64,000 nt of DNA, taken from Mesotoga sp. UBA6090. Its GTDB lineage: Bacteria > Thermotogota > Thermotogae > Petrotogales > Kosmotogaceae. Position 1 is the first letter of the stretch; every line of letters starts with the position of its first letter. Under the pieces are notes generated by a model, which was not told where the DNA came from, searched no databases, and was given only the letters and a program-made list of their open reading frames with translations. The translations under genes and the position numbers were made by a program. Positions 1 through 8,200 of the stretch are shown piece by piece. The DNA lies in contig NZ_DIXC01000057.1 of the NCBI RefSeq assembly GCF_002435945.1, forward strand, positions 1,141-65,140, read 5' to 3'.

Positions 1-542
1 GTCTCCCTGTAGAAGGCGTCGGTTGTCCAGGTCTTTCCCTTGATATATGGAATCGATGAAGCTTCCAATGCGGCCTCTATCTTCTCTAACACCTCTGCGT
101 CTACAGTGATTTCGTGGGAAGGCTCCAGGTAATGATACGAGGTTCCCTCGTCTCTAATGGCAGACTGAACGACTATGATCTCTCCCCTCGGAATCTCCCT
201 CTTCAGTACTCCACATGAGCCGCAGGCTATTGTCTTTCTAACTCCAAGGGCGATGAGCTCCTCATAAAAGCCTGCCGCCGACGGCGCTCCAAGTCCGGGA
301 TTCAAGATCGCGACTTTGACCGCTTTGTACTCTATCTCATAGACGGGATACAGTCCGACCTCGCTTCTCCTGTCACTGATCTTCTTCAGAAGACCCTTCT
401 TCAAGAGACTCTCTATCACACCCTGATAGAAGAGAATAACCGCTCTTTCGGACATCTCGGTGATCGAAGAGATGACCTTCGTCGGTTCGATAACGGCCGG
501 TCTTTCATAATCATGTTCCAGAATAGGTAAACGCTTCTCCAT
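1..542 (-). CDS. nucleoside phosphorylase family protein (PNP/UDP fold); C-terminus lies beyond the window edge
   Basis: Not in the ORF track because it is cut by the window edge. My minus-strand translation from ATG 542..540 (GGGGG RBS upstream) reads MEKRLPILEHDYERPAVIEP...VAILNPGLGAPSAAGFYEELIALGVRKTIACGSCGVL...VQSAIRDEGTSYHY...WTTDAFYRE and stays open to base 1. The pattern is typical of uridine/purine nucleoside phosphorylases. Confidence 0.7.
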   Translation of the reverse strand, partial: MEKRLPILEHDYERPAVIEPTKVISSITEMSERAVILFYQGVIESLLKKGLLKKISDRRSEVGLYPVYEIEYKAVKVAILNPGLGAPSAAGFYEELIALGVRKTIACGSCGVLKREIPRGEIIVVQSAIRDEGTSYHYLEPSHEITVDAEVLEKIEAALEASSIPYIKGKTWTTDAFYRE

Positions 543-660
543 ATATGCCCCCTTTACGACAATTTTAGCAGCAAAGAAGAGATCGACAATCCCCAAAGTA
601 CCTGACACTTTTGTAACCGAAAGCTTTATTATTGTAATCAGTATGAACTGAGGTGAAATC

Positions 661-1479
661 GTGAAGACAAGGTTGGCTCTGATAGTGGTTCTTCTTATCA
701 CAGTTATTTTATCGGCAGCGATGTGAACAATCCCGAAAACAGGTTCAAATTCGAGCTCGACTACGAGATCGGATTTACGGGAGTGATCTTCCACACAATT
801 CAGTTCGGTCAGACGGGAACTGTTCTGAATTATGAGAAAGACGGCGGACAGAATATTCTCTTCCTATATCAAAGGTACACCGCCGGGTTGAGTATCGGCA
901 AACACACTGTTTACTTTCTGTATCAGCCACTCCGGTTCAGTCTAAGGTTCAGCTTAAGAGCGACCTGATAGTCGACGGAGTCACCTTCCCCGCCGGAAGC
1001 GGAATCCTCTTGAACTACGGCTTCCCGTTCTAGAGGGTCAGCTACACTTACGACGTCTTGAGAAAGGGCAACAGCTATCTCACCCTCGGCTTGTCCCTTC
1101 AGTTGAGAAATGCAGATATCTACTTCGAGTCTCTCGACGGAACGAAATTCGTCGATAACAAGAATGTCGGTCGCGTTCCGATTATCAAGGTGAAGGGCGA
1201 GTACTGGCTGAACGAAAAGGCTTACCTAGCAACAGACATCTACCGTTTCTACGCCTCCAGCAGGTTCATTAACGAAGCTGACTTTGACTTCGAGGGATCG
1301 GTGCTGGACGCTTCTTTGAGAGCCGGCCTGCTTCTAACGGATTATCTCGAAACCTATTAAATGTACGTTTCATAGGGGGAACCGCTAAGAGCACTTCCGA
1401 AAACTCCGACAGCCCCGATGGCTTCACGGACAACAGACTTGCGACCATCGACTTAAGCATAGGATTCCAGCTGAAGTAA
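661..1479 (+). pseudogene. disrupted gene for a signal-peptide-bearing, beta-strand-rich (outer-envelope beta-barrel-like) protein
   Basis: A GAGGTG RBS and GTG at 661 encode VKTRLALIVVLLITVILSAAM, followed by TGA at 724-726. The reading continues in a second frame (723-968, VNNPENRFKFELDYEIGFTG...). It then moves to a third frame (about 923-1360, SATPVQSKVQLKSDLIVDGVTF...LTLGLSLQLRNADIYFE...) that carries an in-frame TAG at 1031-1033. A fourth segment (1360-1479) reads NVRFIGGTAKS...ATIDLSIGFQLK*. That is several frameshifts plus one nonsense codon. Confidence 0.55.
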
Positions 1480-1500
1480 TAATAACTATGACTATAGAAA

Positions 1501-1527
1501 AACCGGCCATCGTGGCGGTTCTTTTCT
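1501..1527. terminator. candidate bidirectional stem-loop between convergent genes
   Basis: AACCGGCCA-TCG-TGGCGGTT (stem with one bulge), with an A-run upstream and CTTTTCTT downstream. It lies between the pseudogene end (1479) and the amidotransferase stop (1554). Confidence 0.35.
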
Positions 1528-1553
1528 TGAATCCGTAATCTTATTAGGTCTTA

Positions 1554-2210
1554 CTAAAGAACTAACGTTTCGCCGTTTTTTATCTCGATAGAGTTTCCGG
1601 GGAGATCGCCGAATTTCTCGACGGGTTCGCTAGAGACTATCCTAACCCCGTCCATCTCGTAAAGAAATAGGGCGTGCTCCGTGTCGTTTTTCTCTGCGTT
1701 CTGCCTTATCGCCCAGATGTTTTCATAGTCAGTGAGAAGCGCGTTGATCAACGTGTAGCGGTAGTTCTCCGCCACAAAGGCCGCTGTTATTTCCAGGGCT
1801 CTCTTCGTTTCGTATATTTCGAGATTACTGACCAGAAGCTCGAGATATCTCTGGGTATCCGTCGTTCCTTCATCGCTCGCGAAGTCGTATATCGTACCGT
1901 TGTGACAGAAGGCGTAGTTTCTCCCCTTGACTGTGGCATAGAAGGGATGGACGTGTTCGAGATTGACGGTGTATCCCTTCGATACCTTTCGAGAATGAAT
2001 TATCCCGACCCTGCTTGGAGGAAGCCTCTTGTCGCTGTCAAAGATCGCACTAAAACTGTTGTAGGTTTCTCTCGCTTCGCCACGAAGGGCATAGCCCCAG
2101 CCGTCACTGTGAGGACTGGAAATGCCTTTCTCAGAGATACCCTTTAGAATGTCTAAAATCCAGTTCGTATCTATGTTCTTATCTGCCTTGAAGGCGATCA
2201 TTCTGCACAT
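1554..2210 (-). CDS. class II (Ntn-type) glutamine amidotransferase domain protein, YafJ-like
   Basis: 218 aa starting MC (Cys2 is the expected Ntn nucleophile), with HSDGWGY, IIHSRK and HPF...FCHNG motifs. Its start overlaps the pdxT stop by 13 nt. Confidence 0.7.
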   Translation of the reverse strand: MCRMIAFKADKNIDTNWILDILKGISEKGISSPHSDGWGYALRGEARETYNSFSAIFDSDKRLPPSRVGIIHSRKVSKGYTVNLEHVHPFYATVKGRNYAFCHNGTIYDFASDEGTTDTQRYLELLVSNLEIYETKRALEITAAFVAENYRYTLINALLTDYENIWAIRQNAEKNDTEHALFLYEMDGVRIVSSEPVEKFGDLPGNSIEIKNGETLVL

Positions 2211-2800
2211 TTTTCAATCCTCTTTCCAGCCGCTTCGGCCATCTTTAGAAAGTACCGGTGAATTCTCAGATCTCCAGTAAGTTCGGGATGGAAGGAGGCT
2301 GCCAGCACGTTTCCCTGGCGAACGAGAACCGGCGATCCGTCGTAGCATGTAAGGACTCTAACTTCGCCACCGATCGATTCGATCTTTGGAGCTCTTATGA
2401 ATACTGCCCTGAATGGTTCGGGGCCGATCTCGTCAATCTGTAGATCGACCTCGAAGCTGTTGATCTGCCTGCCGTAACCGTTTCTCTTGACGCTAATGTC
2501 TAGAACGCCAAGAGAGTCCTGATTGACGACGTTCTCAATCTTCCTCGACAGGAGGATCATGCCCGCGCAGGTCGCCAGGACTGGCATTCCACCTTCTATC
2601 CTATTCCTGAGGGCTTCCCACATTTCGAATCTCTTCAAGAGCTTGATCATGGTGGTCGACTCTCCACCCGGCATTACCAGCGCATCGACCGAGTCGATCT
2701 CCTTCCGGTCTTTCACCCAGGACGGTTCCACTCCTGCCTTTCTGAGAATCGATAGATGTTCCTGTATAGCGCCTTGAATTCCAAGAACCCCGATCTTCAA
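2198..2800 (-). CDS. pdxT: pyridoxal 5'-phosphate synthase glutaminase subunit PdxT
   Basis: 200 aa: MKIGVLGIQGAIQEH..., MPGGESTT, ATCAGMILL and FHPELT, the class I amidotransferase triad pattern of PdxT. It lies directly downstream of pdxS. Confidence 0.9.
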   Translation of the reverse strand: MKIGVLGIQGAIQEHLSILRKAGVEPSWVKDRKEIDSVDALVMPGGESTTMIKLLKRFEMWEALRNRIEGGMPVLATCAGMILLSRKIENVVNQDSLGVLDISVKRNGYGRQINSFEVDLQIDEIGPEPFRAVFIRAPKIESIGGEVRVLTCYDGSPVLVRQGNVLAASFHPELTGDLRIHRYFLKMAEAAGKRIEKCAE

Positions 2801-2803
2801 CTC

Positions 2804-3691
2804 TTACCAGCCTCTTTCTTCCATTCGAACTTCAAGAGTCTCGATCTCGAGGCCGTCCATTGCATCTCCTACGTTCTCGGAGATCTCCGCCAGAGCTTCG
2901 GGATTGTCATAATGCAAAACCGCTTCGACGATCGCCTTGGCCATTCTTGCGGGATCCTTTGACTTGAAGATTCCCGAACCTACGAAGACTCCGTCGCAGC
3001 CGAGCATCATCATGAGAGCCGCATCGGCCGGTGTAGCCACTCCGCCGGCGGCGAAATTGACGACGGGAAGCCTTCCGAGCTCTCTTACCTGGCTGAGAAT
3101 CTCGACAGGCGCACCGATTTCCTTTCCGTAGTGGACGAGTTCGGCATCGTTCATCATCTGGACCTTTCTCACTTCTTCGTTGACGGTTCTCATGTGCTTG
3201 ACTGCCTCGACAATATTGCCCGTACCGGCCTCTCCCTTTGTTCTGATCATCGCGGCGCCCTCGGCGATTCTTCTGACTGCTTCTCCGAGATTTCTCGCTC
3301 CACAAACGAAGGGGACGGTGAATATTCTCTTGTCTATGTGATATTTGTCATCTGCAGGTGTAAGAACCTCCGATTCGTCGATGAAGTCAACGCCAATAGC
3401 TTCGAGGATCTTCGCTTCGGCGATGTGGCCAATTCTGGCTTTGGCCATTACAGGGACCGTAACAGATTCCATGATCTCTTTGATGAGACCGATTTTCGCC
3501 ATTCGGGCTACTCCGCCCTCTTTTCGGATATCCGCCGGTACTCTTTCAAGAGCCATTACTGCCGTGGCTCCGGCATCCTGAGCTATCTTTGCCTGCTCGG
3601 GATTCGTGACGTCCATGATTACGCCGTTCTTGAACATTTCAGCGAACCCTTTTTTTACTGTCCAGGTTCCCTTTGCTTCCATTTTCAACAC
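2804..3691 (-). CDS. pdxS: pyridoxal 5'-phosphate synthase lyase subunit PdxS
   Basis: 295 aa with [42 protein letters not shown] and [11 protein letters not shown]...[11 protein letters not shown], a highly characteristic PdxS sequence. Confidence 0.95.
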   Translation of the reverse strand: MLKMEAKGTWTVKKGFAEMFKNGVIMDVTNPEQAKIAQDAGATAVMALERVPADIRKEGGVARMAKIGLIKEIMESVTVPVMAKARIGHIAEAKILEAIGVDFIDESEVLTPADDKYHIDKRIFTVPFVCGARNLGEAVRRIAEGAAMIRTKGEAGTGNIVEAVKHMRTVNEEVRKVQMMNDAELVHYGKEIGAPVEILSQVRELGRLPVVNFAAGGVATPADAALMMMLGCDGVFVGSGIFKSKDPARMAKAIVEAVLHYDNPEALAEISENVGDAMDGLEIETLEVRMEERGW

Positions 3692-5001
3692 CTCTCCTCT
3701 TTATCGTTGTTCCAATAGTTACTCGCTACTTTTTCCAATCTCGGAGTCTCTCTCTTCCCTCTTCCGACTTTTGCGCAGGGCCTTCCTTCGACCTCCACGA
3801 TATCTGCCGTGAAGTCCAGCTTGTTCTTCAGTAGAGACGAACCGACTCCGTAAACATCCGCGGGGACATTCAGCTTTTCAAAGAGATCTATCTTCTCCGC
3901 CGTGAAACCGCCCGAGACGACTATCTTTAAATCATTCATTCCGCACCGGTCGAATTCCCTTCTAGCCCTCCAGACAAGTTCGGGACAGACTCCCAGTGAG
4001 GAAGCGTCCTTCGGGACGACCGAAACGTCTCTCAAAATGCCAGAAGTATCGAATCTCACGCCCCATATCTTTCCCTTTCCCGGTCCTATAACAACCGAAG
4101 GATCGGTCTTGCCAGGTGTGAAGTCCTCACCGGTCTCGGCTTTGTACGTGCGGGCAACGCAATCGACCGTCGTTCCGATCACATCGTTGTCCCAATCTAC
4201 CAAAATTATTCGATTGACTCCACCGTCTATGTAACGATCGAACTCCATGGCGGCCTCGGCCGTATCTCCGTTATACACTGCAATAAGCGCGTGGGGTATC
4301 GTCCCCATACTCTCAACTCCCCAGTAGTCGGCGTTCGCGTCGGTAGAAACGCCGAAGGCACCGGCCTTGAGCGCCGCGTATCCGTCTGTTGCCTGAGTCC
4401 AGAAATGGTCGAATCTCGCGCTGAAGAAGAGTATCTCCTTGCCTCTAGCGGCCTTCACGACGGACTTGACGGCAGTCGCAGTTGAAGAAGCTCTCGCTAT
4501 AACACCCAGCAATATTGTTTCCAGATAAGAGAAATATCTGGGATCGCCTTCTATAGTCATTACCGGTTCCATATCCTTTGCTTCATCACCGTCATATAGA
4601 GCGCGAACTTCCAGTTCGGACCACTTGTCGATCCAGAGATCATTAAGCTTCATCTTAAGATCCCATTTTCGAGCGGTCAGTTCCACCAGTGCCCGACGGT
4701 CCATCTCCCAGGCTGCGTGGTTGACCTCCTTCTCAATCTCGAGTACCTCTTCGAAGAGCCTCTTCGCCTCTCCTTCATTCGAGTAATAACCGGTCCCAAA
4801 GCGAAGAATGGCAAGCGCTTCGTCAATTCCCACTATTGTCGCGTCTCTCCTCGGGAAGAGCTGGTATAGCACCCTTGACTTCTTTTCTGCCTTCTTGAGG
4901 ACTTCGACGAGTCTCGTGAAGTATTTGTCAGAATAGTAGCCGGCTCTCATCTTGTCAATCGGTACTTTGAAAACCCTCGGGTCGATTCTGCACTTGTCCA
5001 C
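3685..5001 (-). CDS. nicotinate phosphoribosyltransferase-like (type II PRTase) protein
   Basis: The ORF track gives 3685..5037. I prefer GTG at 5001, which sits 8 nt after GGAAGGGGG. The product has [10 protein letters not shown], a [16 protein letters not shown]-type N-domain and a C-terminal barrel ([13 protein letters not shown]). It overlaps the pdxS start by 7 nt. Confidence 0.75.
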   Translation of the reverse strand: MDKCRIDPRVFKVPIDKMRAGYYSDKYFTRLVEVLKKAEKKSRVLYQLFPRRDATIVGIDEALAILRFGTGYYSNEGEAKRLFEEVLEIEKEVNHAAWEMDRRALVELTARKWDLKMKLNDLWIDKWSELEVRALYDGDEAKDMEPVMTIEGDPRYFSYLETILLGVIARASSTATAVKSVVKAARGKEILFFSARFDHFWTQATDGYAALKAGAFGVSTDANADYWGVESMGTIPHALIAVYNGDTAEAAMEFDRYIDGGVNRIILVDWDNDVIGTTVDCVARTYKAETGEDFTPGKTDPSVVIGPGKGKIWGVRFDTSGILRDVSVVPKDASSLGVCPELVWRARREFDRCGMNDLKIVVSGGFTAEKIDLFEKLNVPADVYGVGSSLLKNKLDFTADIVEVEGRPCAKVGRGKRETPRLEKVASNYWNNDKEERC

Positions 5002-5131
5002 GGAGCGCCCCCTTCCTATACCCTGATTCGCGAGCAAAAATTCCGGAAAAAACGTATCCGGTATCCGATTATATAATAATAGACGACTTTCGACTCTTGA
5101 ACCCGGCTGATCTTTGCCAAACGGACCGGTC

Positions 5132-5158
5132 CAAAAAACAAACCGGCCGCAAGGCCGG
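5132..5158 (-). terminator. rho-independent terminator of the DUF2089 operon
   Basis: Minus strand reads CCGGCC-TTGC-GGCCGG followed by TTTGTTTTTTG, 18 nt after the TAG at 5176-5178. Confidence 0.7.
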
Positions 5159-5175
5159 CAGAGAAGATGATTCTT

Positions 5176-6141
5176 CTATATCCAGTCGATAGAGATCTTC
5201 GACATATCTGACTTTACGTTGATCTGGCAGGTAGTCACGGCCCTGTCGATATTGGTCGAGACGTATCCCTTTTCTCTCTCCATAAGATTGTTGAAGTTAC
5301 TCCAGTTCAACTCCCCTTCATGAACAATACTAAGTCCAACATCTTTTGGTGCCCTGATGTTCAGGGAAGTAACTTCGCAGTCAATATCGATTATTGAGTC
5401 ACGCCGTTCAGAAGGGATTATTGACAGCCTGGACAATGAGGTCTTAATTGTAGCCCTATCTAGATTGAGACTCGAAAAGTCAAGAACTGTATCAGCTCCA
5501 TCAAGTGTAGCCTCAACCCTGAGAATGGGCTCAGCGTTGATCTCAAGGTTCATTCTTGATTTGGACATAACACTTGAAACCCCGGATTTTGCCTTGCACT
5601 TCGCCTTCAAAACGCCTTTAGCCTTATCCATATCGTATTTCAGATCTCCATTGAAACTCAGCTTATCGAAACTTACATTTGCGTCGATACCGTTTGAAGT
5701 GTTGTCCATCATTAGTACCTTTGTTAGGTTTGCCTCGAGTTCTATTTCGAGCTCATCAAACTCCTTCGGTCTCGAGATGTTTAGGACCTGTCTCGTGGAG
5801 CTTTGTGTTTTTCCTAGCTTAAAGCTTTTTCTGAAAAGGGTAACTATGCCCCAACCAACGATATACGATCCAATCATGGCCACTATGAGCTCCCAGAAGC
5901 CCCAGCCCCTGAAGCCCTTGATAACATTCCACCCAATCAAAAGGTCGGTGACAAGAATCGCACCGAAGATGAGACTGCCCATATATTCCGCCTTGAATCT
6001 TATGAATATCTTAAATCCCTGGTAGAGGAATACAATGGCAAAGAAAATCTCTATTGCGAAAGCAAAGCTAGGAATTATGTGAGTAACCGACAGAATGATC
6101 AATATCCCCAGAAAAATCGCGAAAAGTGCTCCAAATTTCAT
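5176..6141 (-). CDS. membrane protein with 4 N-terminal TM helices and a LiaF-like beta-rich C-terminal domain
   Basis: 321 aa. The N-terminus is hydrophobic (FAIFLGILIILSV..., IVGWGIVTLF). The C-terminal half consists of repetitive short beta-segments (LEINAEPILRVEATLDGADTVLDF..., IDIDCEVTSLNIRAP). It is the last gene of a tightly packed four-gene operon. Confidence 0.5.
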   Translation of the reverse strand: MKFGALFAIFLGILIILSVTHIIPSFAFAIEIFFAIVFLYQGFKIFIRFKAEYMGSLIFGAILVTDLLIGWNVIKGFRGWGFWELIVAMIGSYIVGWGIVTLFRKSFKLGKTQSSTRQVLNISRPKEFDELEIELEANLTKVLMMDNTSNGIDANVSFDKLSFNGDLKYDMDKAKGVLKAKCKAKSGVSSVMSKSRMNLEINAEPILRVEATLDGADTVLDFSSLNLDRATIKTSLSRLSIIPSERRDSIIDIDCEVTSLNIRAPKDVGLSIVHEGELNWSNFNNLMEREKGYVSTNIDRAVTTCQINVKSDMSKISIDWI

Positions 6142-6143
6142 TG

Positions 6144-7247
6144 CTAATCACCTTCTTTCTTTTCTCTGGTCAATTTAGGTTCTTCAGGAGTATCAACTTT
6201 CTCCGGAGACTCCTGAAGCTCTTTGCTTTCTGTATCTTCCTCCTTCATCACTACATCTATGGAGTCCTTAAGCTTCTTCAGCTCTTCATCAACTTCGAGC
6301 ATCTCTTCTATTTCCTTCTCAGAATAGCCTAGAACTCCTAACATCTCCAGGGCGTACTCCTTTGTCAGCTTGCCTTCCTTGAAAAGTCTCAGTATCTTCT
6401 TAGTCTCCTGATCCTGGAGATTCTCTTCAACCACAGCGGCTCGGTCGGACCTCTTCTCTTCTGAAGAAGCAGGAGAAGATTCGACCTTGACCTCTTTTGC
6501 GGGCGCTCCTCTGTACTTGGCACTTATTAGGAGATCACCAGATACGCTGCTCATCTTAAGATACTCCTGTGGTTCGCCATTTCCATATCTATAGTGCTTC
6601 TTGTCGACCTTCACCAGTCCCATGTCAGAGGAAACATCCCCACTAACCGAGGAAATCGTCGCATCGAACCTGGGTTCACCTGAATATGAGATTATTGCAT
6701 CCCCGCTCACCGTTGACACACTCGTGTCTCTTTCCATCGGAGGAATTCCTTTAATGCTCAGATCACCCGATACTGATCCGAATTTGCCTCTTCGGTAATT
6801 CGATGCAACAAAAGTCAGATCTCCACTTACCGTACTTAAGCTAAACTCATTCATTGAACAGTTCTCAATCTTCACGTCACCGCTAACGTTGTTTATCTTC
6901 AGACTCCTCAGATCGAAGTCTGTGATATTGACATCACCGGAAGCGTTGTTTGCATCGAGCTCTTGAATGTTCTTCGGGACAAGAAGCCTTATGCTCTTTA
7001 CATCGGCCCCACCGTCATATAGATTTTTTATAAAAGGAATATTGATGCTAGTACCCTTCTGGAATCTTATCGTAAGCTTCTTTCCTGACCTTTCGGCTTC
7101 AGGAACATAATCATTCGAATCCACTTCAACAAATGCGACCACGTTTCCTTCTTCAACAAGGTCGATCTGAAGATCCGCGCTAGCTGAGGTAACCTTCAAG
7201 ATTTCAATACCGGCGCTTTCGAATTCAAACTTTTTCTCCACGACCAT
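6144..7247 (-). CDS. DUF4097-type (putative adhesin / LiaG-YvlB-like) beta-helix protein with an acidic SHOCT-like tail
   Basis: 367 aa with repeated SGD[VLA] strands (ASGDVNIT, VSGDVKIE, VSGDLTF, VSGDLSI, VSGDAII, VSGDVSS, VSGDLLI). The C-terminus carries KKILRLFKEGKLTKEYALEMLGVL followed by a Glu/Lys-rich tail. Confidence 0.7.
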   Translation of the reverse strand: MVVEKKFEFESAGIEILKVTSASADLQIDLVEEGNVVAFVEVDSNDYVPEAERSGKKLTIRFQKGTSINIPFIKNLYDGGADVKSIRLLVPKNIQELDANNASGDVNITDFDLRSLKINNVSGDVKIENCSMNEFSLSTVSGDLTFVASNYRRGKFGSVSGDLSIKGIPPMERDTSVSTVSGDAIISYSGEPRFDATISSVSGDVSSDMGLVKVDKKHYRYGNGEPQEYLKMSSVSGDLLISAKYRGAPAKEVKVESSPASSEEKRSDRAAVVEENLQDQETKKILRLFKEGKLTKEYALEMLGVLGYSEKEIEEMLEVDEELKKLKDSIDVVMKEEDTESKELQESPEKVDTPEEPKLTREKKEGD

Positions 7248-7253
7248 ACCCCC

Positions 7254-7616
7254 TCATTCCTCTACCTTTATCGTTACTCTCTTGTCCTCGGTTTCTATTT
7301 CAACCGACTCTCTAGTCTTGATTACCTCGTCAAGCACTTCCTTCAGATTGTAATCAACTACTCTGCCACCGATTCTAAAATTCGCGTCCTTTTCTTTCAC
7401 GAAGTTTCCTACAAACCTTGCCAACCTAACGGGTAGCTTAATATTCGCTTCCACTTTTCCGGTGAAGTTATCCACAACCTCTATGATAAACTTCCTTCCA
7501 GATCTTTCTTCTGCATATGATTCGATAAATTCTTCAAGAAGATCCCTTCCTTGCTCAGGAGAGATCTTGCCGTCGGCTATAAGCTTCAAGATCTTCAAGA
7601 CTTCTTCTCTATCCAT
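7254..7616 (-). CDS. small SHOCT-like-motif protein
   Basis: 120 aa. The N-terminus reads EEVLKILKLIADGKISPEQGRDLLEEF. It is tightly spaced within the operon. Confidence 0.5.
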   Translation of the reverse strand: MDREEVLKILKLIADGKISPEQGRDLLEEFIESYAEERSGRKFIIEVVDNFTGKVEANIKLPVRLARFVGNFVKEKDANFRIGGRVVDYNLKEVLDEVIKTRESVEIETEDKRVTIKVEE

Positions 7617-7626
7617 ATAAAACCAC

Positions 7627-8001
7627 CTACTTCTTTTTTCTAACTCTTCTTAGCATCTCAAGAGCTTCGTCGGGCTGCAGTTCCCCAGATTCAAGTTTCT
7701 CGAGAATTCTGGAAGCCTCTTCTCTGTCTTTGTCGACAACCTGGTATCCCATTGCTCTCACAATATCCTCGAGTCTATTTCTGGCTGTAGGATAGGAAAT
7801 GTCCAGCTCCTTCTGAACCTCAGAAAGGTTGCCTCGATTCTTTATGAAAGTCTTCAGGTAATCGAGCTGCTCGGCAGACAGCTTCATGATATCGTCAAGC
7901 TCAAATCTTCCCCTAATCGTTGTTCCACAACTATCGCACTTGTACTCTGTGATTGTCATTTTCCCCCCACAGACGGGACAGTTGCTTAATGAGTATTTCA
8001 T
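7627..8001 (-). CDS. DUF2089-type zinc-ribbon/HTH putative transcription regulator
   Basis: I prefer ATG 8001 (GGAGGTGG RBS at 8006-8013) over the track start at 8109. The product reads MKYSLSNCPVCGGKMTITEYKCDSCGTTIRGRFE (CxxC...CxxC), followed by an HTH-like LSEVQKELDISYPTARNRLEDIV. The C-terminal motif is RILEKLESGELQPDEALEML. Confidence 0.7.
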   Translation of the reverse strand: MKYSLSNCPVCGGKMTITEYKCDSCGTTIRGRFELDDIMKLSAEQLDYLKTFIKNRGNLSEVQKELDISYPTARNRLEDIVRAMGYQVVDKDREEASRILEKLESGELQPDEALEMLRRVRKKK

Positions 8002-8052
8002 CGGTCCACCTCCAAAACATAAGTTGAACAAATATCGTCTTCGACTATGTTC

Positions 8053-8081
8053 ATTATACAACTTCCAACTCGAAAAGTCAA
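8053..8081 (-). promoter_or_regulatory. near-consensus sigma70-type promoter of the DUF2089 operon
   Basis: Minus strand reads TTGACT (8081-8076), a 17-nt spacer ending in TG, then TATAAT (8058-8053), about 50 nt upstream of ATG 8001. A 12-bp AT palindrome TAAATATATTTA lies just upstream. Confidence 0.6.
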
Positions 8082-8200
8082 ATGTAACCTTAAATATATT
8101 TAGGTCCACATCAATTTATTGCACTAAGAACCAATCTTTTTAGTTGTGAATTTTCGGTAGACGGAGGCTACGTTCTCGTTTTTCCTCATTCGGAGAGGCT

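Noticed and set aside
3131-3718. Long antisense (shadow) ORFs opposite real genes: 3131-3718 and 2907-3305 in pdxS, 5357-6025, 26342-27022, 39871-40542, 40762-41331, 47305-47937, 55279-55767 and 23348-23905.
   Set aside because: Each lies entirely within a well-supported CDS on the other strand or in another frame. Their composition is skewed (Arg/Ser/Leu-rich) and they lack RBSs. This is a typical artefact of ORFs called opposite or out of frame within real coding sequence.
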